Shown: positions 63,834-64,000 of the stretch, in pieces
Position numbering within the stretch: the stretch's first letter is position 1
How the letters are laid out: each line of letters starts with the position of its first letter
NCBI RefSeq assembly: GCF_039654945.1
Contig: NW_027361682.1
Span: 6,634,001 to 6,698,000 of the forward strand
Origin: Dendrobates tinctorius
Taxonomy: Eukaryota
Direction: 5' to 3'
Length of the DNA stretch: 64,000 nt
The notes under the pieces: generated by a model
What the model saw: the letters and a program-made list of their open reading frames with translations, nothing else
Told to the model about the DNA's origin: nothing
Database searches by the model: none
Position numbers and translations under genes: made by a program

Positions 63834-64000
63834 TGTCTCTCTTCCCCTCGCTGTCTCCTTCCCCTCACTGTCTCTTCTTGCTGTCTCTTCCCCTCGCTGT
63901 CTCTCTTCTCCTTGCTGTCTCTTCCCCTCGCTGTCTGTCTCTCCTCTCTGTCTCTTCTCCTCTCTGTCTCTTCTCCTCTCTGTCTCTTCTCGCTGTCTGT
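63833..64000. repeat. CT-rich low-complexity tandem repeat
   Basis: CTGTCTCTTC units. Confidence 0.9.

Overview
Eukaryotic, repeat-rich vertebrate DNA, most likely anuran (frog/toad), from a tandem cluster of FAX/KRAB-type C2H2 zinc-finger genes (XlCOF/XlCGF-like). There are two paralogous minus-strand genes. Gene B appears complete: 6 coding exons at 50367->31749, about 435 aa, a KRAB-A-like box and 6 C2H2 fingers, with a putative non-coding first exon near 63.1 kb. Gene A (ATG 3844) runs off the left edge. The two units share a duplicated scaffold (about 1-9.85 kb vs 43.9-63.2 kb) that has since gained different insertions. The rest is nested transposable elements: a dead Harbinger fused by deletion to a Tf1/sushi-type Gypsy, several solo LTRs with target-site duplications (TSDs), Tc1, hAT, Harbinger and Tigger MITEs, L1/L2/CR1, a V-SINE, BEL and Penelope-like remnants, plus many minisatellites and one assembly gap. 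The most notable observations are a 377-bp TSD-flanked insertion carrying an intact type I hammerhead ribozyme (retrozyme-like), an intact self-priming PBS signature in the Gypsy LTR, and the Gypsy-Harbinger chimera. All calls were made by eye; TE family names come from motif recognition, not database searches, and boundaries of old elements are approximate.
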